Below, piece by piece: positions 14,899-18,831 of a stretch of DNA of 18,831 nt. The position numbers were made by a program, and so were the translations under genes. Source of the DNA: a virus (taxonomy: Duplodnaviria; Heunggongvirae; Uroviricota; Caudoviricetes); IMG/VR virus record IMGVR_UViG_3300049044_000094; one strand, written 5' to 3'. The notes under the pieces are model-generated. The model saw only the letters and a program-made list of their open reading frames with translations, did no database searches and was not told the origin of the DNA. Numbering within the stretch: position 1 is the first letter of the stretch; each line of letters starts with the position of its first letter.

Positions 14899-15063
14899 TC
14901 AAAAAGACCTGGTCAAATGTGCGAATCCAGCACGACGCAGGATCCGAACCCGACCACGCCCATGACTACGCCGATAGGTGCGAGGATAGGCGGGGCGCAC
15001 ATGGAACATGCGCCACGCGAAATAGGCGACGAGCGCCAGCCAGAGGGTGAAGAACATCATCAT
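14899..15063 (-). CDS. Small membrane-anchored basic peptide (54 aa)
   Basis: Manual translation MMMFFTLWLALVAYFAWRMFHVRPAYPRTYRRSHGRGRVRILRRAGFAHLTRSF. Confidence 0.5.
   Translation of the reverse strand: MMMFFTLWLALVAYFAWRMFHVRPAYPRTYRRSHGRGRVRILRRAGFAHLTRSF
14906..14919. promoter_or_regulatory. Third copy of the GACCTGGTCAAAT(G) palindromic motif
   Basis: Identical over 14 bp to 13984-13997 and over 13 bp to 13841-13853. Confidence 0.6.
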
Positions 15064-15064
15064 T

Positions 15065-15078
15065 TGAGAAATTTCCCA
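15065..15078. promoter_or_regulatory. Operator-like palindrome, copy 3 (one mismatch)
   Basis: TGAGAAATTTCCCA, 1 nt from the ATG of 14899-15063. Confidence 0.6.
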
Positions 15079-15080
15079 GA

Positions 15081-15383
15081 TTAGAGGGGCGCGATCGTCC
15101 GGGATCCACCGAGCACGGCGAGAACCGTTTTCAGGTTCTCACGTTGGCCGCGCAGCTGCCTCGCGTGCTCGGAAAGCGGCCGTTCGCGTGGCGGATCGTC
15201 GAAACGCGAGCGATCGCGCTTCAGGCGCTTGACGTGGGCGCGTGATGGAGGTTGCGGCTTGCGCTGCTCCTCCAGAATCTCAGCCTCGCGCCTCGTCGCG
15301 GGCCACACGCAACGGAAACTGTCCCAAGCGTCGCCGCGGTCGGCGAAGATGTCGGCATTCGTCCTCACGAACACGCTCCTCAT
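15081..15383 (-). CDS. Basic hypothetical protein (100 aa)
   Basis: Start re-called at ATG 15383 (MRSVFVRTNADIF...); fills the gap between two palindromes; no clear SD. Confidence 0.55.
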   Translation of the reverse strand: MRSVFVRTNADIFADRGDAWDSFRCVWPATRREAEILEEQRKPQPPSRAHVKRLKRDRSRFDDPPRERPLSEHARQLRGQRENLKTVLAVLGGSRTIAPL

Positions 15384-15392
15384 CGCAGGTGA

Positions 15393-15426
15393 GGCCGGAT
15401 TTTGGGAAATTTCCCAAAACCCGGCC
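15393..15426. promoter_or_regulatory. Operator-like palindrome, copy 2, within a 34-bp near-perfect inverted repeat
   Basis: Perfect 20-bp TTTTGGGAAATTTCCCAAAA (15400-15419) flanked by GGCCGG/CCGGCC. Confidence 0.75.
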
Positions 15427-15432
15427 GATGGA

Positions 15433-16107
15433 TTAGGCGGCGATGGCGTCCACGCGGCGGACGGCGGCCGCATTGATCGCGTTGGCAAGGGCCGCAATGG
15501 CGCTTTCCGCCGCAATGATGGCCGCAACGTCCGCGCTTTCCAGAGCAAGCGTCAGCTTGTTGGCCATGTCCGCCAACGTGTCCGCTTTGGCTTCCGACTG
15601 CGTCGCTTCGGCTTCCGCTTTGGCGTCCGCCTCCGCTTCCTCCGTCACTTCAGGCATGAGCGAGGCGATATATTCCGCCTCCATCGCCTTGATGATGTCG
15701 CGCAAGGCATAAAGGCGCTTGGGAGCGTCCTTTTCCTCCAAAACATAGCCGACAATCGCCTTGCGGACATCGGCACGGAAGGCCTGTGTTTTCTCGCAAT
15801 CGTCCTCGCCGGCAACGGTTTTGCCAAAGATGGCAAAGACCGCGATAAAGGCCTTCTCCGCCGGTTCCGCGCCAATGGTGCGAAGGATAGAGAGGGAAGA
15901 CGAGGCCTTCCCATTTTTCTTTTTGGGATTGCCATAAGCGGCGAGAACCGCCGTTGTGATGGCCGATTGATCCATTGCGCCAGTCAAGAGCGCAGCAAAG
16001 GCGGAACGCGCAACGCGGTTAGAGGCATTGTCAACGCCCGTAGTAGCGCGCTTCAAATTGACAATGTCGGAACCAAAGGAAGCGGCATCAAAGGTAACTT
16101 TCGTCAT
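15433..16107 (-). CDS. Ala-rich helical hypothetical protein, first gene of the orphan cassette (224 aa)
   Basis: ORF track; TGGAG SD; acidic/Ala linker in the C-terminal third. Confidence 0.85.
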   Translation of the reverse strand: MTKVTFDAASFGSDIVNLKRATTGVDNASNRVARSAFAALLTGAMDQSAITTAVLAAYGNPKKKNGKASSSLSILRTIGAEPAEKAFIAVFAIFGKTVAGEDDCEKTQAFRADVRKAIVGYVLEEKDAPKRLYALRDIIKAMEAEYIASLMPEVTEEAEADAKAEAEATQSEAKADTLADMANKLTLALESADVAAIIAAESAIAALANAINAAAVRRVDAIAA

Positions 16108-16128
16108 GTCCGTTACTCCATTTCAGTT

Positions 16129-16144
16129 TTGGGAAATTTCCCAA
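16129..16144. promoter_or_regulatory. Operator-like palindrome, copy 1
   Basis: Perfect 16-bp TTGGGAAATTTCCCAA, 21 nt upstream of the ATG at 16107. Confidence 0.7.
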
Positions 16145-16155
16145 GTTCACCTTGT

Positions 16156-16192
16156 TGACAGCTGACACACTTCTCCCCTTGTCAGCGTGTCA
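16156..16192. other. Leader stem-loop
   Basis: TGACAGCTGACA-12 nt-TGTCAGC(G)TGTCA: 12 bp with one bulge. Confidence 0.55.
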
Positions 16193-16283
16193 TCGGCACG
16201 CACGTCTCCCGAGTCCGGAAGCGGGGTTCAGCGATGTCCAGCGAGGCGCCTGCCCGGTGGGCGGCTATCAACTCGGTATAGAC

Positions 16284-16311
16284 ACACTAGCTAAAGCAAT
16301 GGTCTACTCAA
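16284..16311 (-). promoter_or_regulatory. Candidate sigma70-type promoter for the cassette
   Basis: Minus strand TTGAGT-N16-TAGTGT; located in non-coding DNA after the primase terminator. Confidence 0.35.
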
Positions 16312-16424
16312 TCGAGCTAAGCGAAAGTCAAAACATGAAGGGTAGCACGGTTTTCTGCCATAAAATCGCCGTTGGTGGGGGCGATCATCCTAAAAATACT
16401 GGGGGGAATTTTCGGCTATTTTTG

Positions 16425-16446
16425 TAACTCCCAACCCGACCACACC
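16425..16446. repeat. Third copy of the outer end of the 62-bp repeat arm
   Basis: TAACTCCCAACCCGAC is a perfect 16-bp inverted match to 13785-13800 (20/22 to 13779-13800) and a 12-bp direct match to 14033-14044. Confidence 0.9.
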
Positions 16447-16475
16447 AACAATCATACCCAGAACCACACCCACAC

Positions 16476-16505
16476 AAAGAAAAGGCCCCGAAACCGGGGC
16501 CTTTT
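16476..16505 (-). terminator. Intrinsic terminator of the primase gene (possibly bidirectional)
   Basis: AAAAGGCCCCG-AAAC-CGGGGCCTTTT, 11-bp stem with T-runs on both strands, 2 nt after the stop. Confidence 0.9.
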
Positions 16506-16507
16506 CC

Positions 16508-18831
16508 TCACCTTGTCCATTTTTCATCGATCTGAGGCGTCATCACCTTCACACCCAAGATCTTCTGCCGGATGACCCCGAGGGGGTCGGTGTAATCCGC
16601 AACCTCATAGCCGTAGTCACCGATCATCTGCTTGAAGCGTTCGTAGGTGACGTTGAACCCACGAGACACATCCTTCATGTACCAGACATACATGTCAAAG
16701 CAGGTGCGAGCATCAGCAGTATCCTTCTTATCACCGGTCGGCCGCACCTTCTCTGACTGCTCCAGCCACGCCGCCACCGAATTGTTAGACCGCACCACCG
16801 CTTCGATGCGCCGCTGGTGGCTGTCAGGCAGGGTATAATCACGCTGCTCCACCAGCCGCTTGAACCCCTGCACCGCCCACGCCGCGATCGCCTCGCGCTC
16901 CTCGGCCACGAGCACCTTGTAAAAATCAGGAATGCGCTCGCTGGCCGGCACCGGCCAATTGAAATCGAGGATCAGCCACCGCCGCGTGAAGCCCTTCGAC
17001 GAGTCCGCCGACCTCGGCAGGAAGTTCGACGCAAACCAGTGCGCCGCGATCGGCGTGAACTGGAACGCATCCTTACCCTTGTACTCCGAGCGCTGCACGC
17101 TCCCCTCAACGATTCCCTTGAACACATCACCCTGGATCATCGTGTCCTCGGGCAGCTCGCCGCAGACGTTTAGGGTCTTCCCCACCATATCGGAGAGGGC
17201 AAAGCGCTCCTTCCAGATATGCGGCGGCACCGCGGACACCGCCGCCGGCGGCATCATCTCGCGAAGCACCTCCAGAATCTGGCTCTTGCCAGAGCCCGCC
17301 TTCCCGAACAGCAGGATGGCCCGCTGATATTCCGGCGCGATGCCGAACATGGTCGCCGCAAACGCCTCCTGCAGCGCCAGCACCTTCGCGCTATAGTCGG
17401 GATCATCCCCCCACACCGTCTCCAGAAACTCGAACCACTTGTGCGCCTCGGTCGCCCGCGCCGGCACATAGTTGAACGGCATCGTGAACGTCTTCCCGAA
17501 CTTCGGCGAATGCTCATGCAGCACCCCCTGACTGTCGAGAAACCCGTTCGCGAAGTTGATGCCCGTCTCAAGGCTCTGGACCAGGTTGGTCTCGGCCAGC
17601 ACGCTCACGGTCTTGACCAGTGCACTGTAATCGCTGTGGCGCTTTGACAGCACGTTGCCCTTCACACTGCGGGCGATGTCCCGATACACCTGATTATCTG
17701 TGAGTTGGCCGAAGCACGACCCGTTCCACTGCCAAAATGAGCCCTGCGCCCAGCGCAGCTCGCCGAAGCGCGATATGTCGTCTATCATGCGTTGAGCAAT
17801 CGCTTCATGATCAGCGTCCGGGTCACCGTCGCCCATCCGGGCCTGCTTGAACGCAGCTTTCATCGCAGGCTTGGACATTTTGACGTCACCAAGCGCCCGA
17901 TCGATCTCGGTCATCAGAGCCGCAAAATGGAAATCGCTGAAATTCTCGTCGCTGGCGACCTTCTGGATGATCTCGAGCGAGCGCTCGAGGGCCCAGTCGT
18001 CGTCACCCGGCTTCAAACCGACGTTCTCGGACAGCCAGGCACGGGCCTTCGTGAGCGTCCACCGCTGCGTCTCGTTCTTTTCGAGCATCGCGGCAATCGT
18101 GGGATGTTCGCGCTGCTCACTGGTCAGCCCGTTATCCCAACCCTCAGGCAGGGTCCGGCCGCTCTCGATGTCCTTCAGCAGAAACTCAAGGAGCTTCGAC
18201 ACGCCCTTGTTGGGGTCCATGTCGTCGCCAGAGGCGCTCGCCGTATAATCCTCGACCCAGGTGTACATATGGGTCATCGCTTCGGCGAGCGACCACTTGT
18301 GCTTTTTGTCGATGCCCAGCACGACCCGGGCGAGATAGCCGGCATGACGGACGAGCTGGATGTCGCGCTCACCCTGGGGGACCACCACGTTCGGCGCCGA
18401 GCGGCCTTCATTCGACAGCGAGAACCCCTGAACCCCGAGCGCGGCGCGCAGACGTTCCTCGATGTCCATGGGAAGCGGCTGGACCTTGTCCATGACGTCC
18501 CAGAGATCCGCATTGGCCGTGTAGGGCTCACCGGTGTCGGGGTGGATCGACGGCGGCAGAACCATCTGATTGCCCAGACCCAGGAATTCGCAGATCATGC
18601 CCTCGTTCGAGCGGACCTTGAAGTTCTTCTGACCCGACCATTTGAAGATCAGGCCCATGCCCTTCTTGCCCTTGCGGTGCCACGGTGACACCGGCAGGCA
18701 GTCCATGATCGCATCAACCAGATCCTGATCCTCGGTGTCGATGTCGATCGCGCACAAACCGGATGCGGGGCCGAAGGGCAGGCCGATGTTCGAGCGCGGA
18801 TAGGCGTCGAGCCAATGCTCCTGAACCGCCT
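16508..18831 (-). CDS. Primase-helicase: N-terminal Prim-Pol (AEP) plus D5/P4-family SF3 helicase; 5' end lies beyond the right edge
   Basis: Frame stays open to the edge (...HWLDAYPRSNIGLPFGPASGLCAIDIDTED, Prim-Pol motif); GNQMVLPPSIHP; INFANGFLD D5_N pattern; LLFGKAGSGKSQ Walker A; FTRRWLILDFN. Confidence 0.93.
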   Translation of the reverse strand, partial: AVQEHWLDAYPRSNIGLPFGPASGLCAIDIDTEDQDLVDAIMDCLPVSPWHRKGKKGMGLIFKWSGQKNFKVRSNEGMICEFLGLGNQMVLPPSIHPDTGEPYTANADLWDVMDKVQPLPMDIEERLRAALGVQGFSLSNEGRSAPNVVVPQGERDIQLVRHAGYLARVVLGIDKKHKWSLAEAMTHMYTWVEDYTASASGDDMDPNKGVSKLLEFLLKDIESGRTLPEGWDNGLTSEQREHPTIAAMLEKNETQRWTLTKARAWLSENVGLKPGDDDWALERSLEIIQKVASDENFSDFHFAALMTEIDRALGDVKMSKPAMKAAFKQARMGDGDPDADHEAIAQRMIDDISRFGELRWAQGSFWQWNGSCFGQLTDNQVYRDIARSVKGNVLSKRHSDYSALVKTVSVLAETNLVQSLETGINFANGFLDSQGVLHEHSPKFGKTFTMPFNYVPARATEAHKWFEFLETVWGDDPDYSAKVLALQEAFAATMFGIAPEYQRAILLFGKAGSGKSQILEVLREMMPPAAVSAVPPHIWKERFALSDMVGKTLNVCGELPEDTMIQGDVFKGIVEGSVQRSEYKGKDAFQFTPIAAHWFASNFLPRSADSSKGFTRRWLILDFNWPVPASERIPDFYKVLVAEEREAIAAWAVQGFKRLVEQRDYTLPDSHQRRIEAVVRSNNSVAAWLEQSEKVRPTGDKKDTADARTCFDMYVWYMKDVSRGFNVTYERFKQMIGDYGYEVADYTDPLGVIRQKILGVKVMTPQIDEKWTR

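Noticed and set aside
15403-15416. GGGAAATTTCCC resembles a eukaryotic NF-kB site
   Set aside because: Coincidental; the context is a bacteriophage.
13789-16446. Calling the repeat-bounded block an IS/transposon or CRISPR
   Set aside because: No transposase or recombinase motif, no target-site duplication noticed, and no regular repeat-spacer period.
1-18831. tRNA genes, CRISPR array, integrase/att prophage boundary
   Set aside because: None seen by eye; a tRNAscan/Infernal run would be needed to exclude atypical RNAs.

Overview
An 18.8-kb segment of a GC-rich dsDNA bacteriophage genome; no integrase, tRNA or CRISPR array was seen, and the host is not determinable from sequence. Almost all genes are on the minus strand. 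Read in transcription order (right to left): (1) a large Prim-Pol + D5/P4-type SF3 primase-helicase (16508 to the right edge) with a strong terminator; (2) a 2.4-kb cassette of five orphan genes (14032-16107) with its own promoter-like signal and several repeated palindromes; (3) a 62-bp inverted repeat around a 132-bp AT-rich core (13789-14044); (4) a ~13.8-kb translationally coupled array of mostly small genes. That array includes five CFC/ND (DUF6197-like) paralogues, a PNK-type kinase, a stand-alone WYL protein, a serine-less ACP-like protein, rIIA, rIIB, an HNH-AP2 homing endonuclease and the 5' part of an ATP-dependent DNA ligase. The most unusual signal is the repeat architecture at 13.8-16.45 kb: three motif families, each in three copies, bounding and punctuating the orphan cassette. 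Product calls come from motif recognition by eye; no database search was run.
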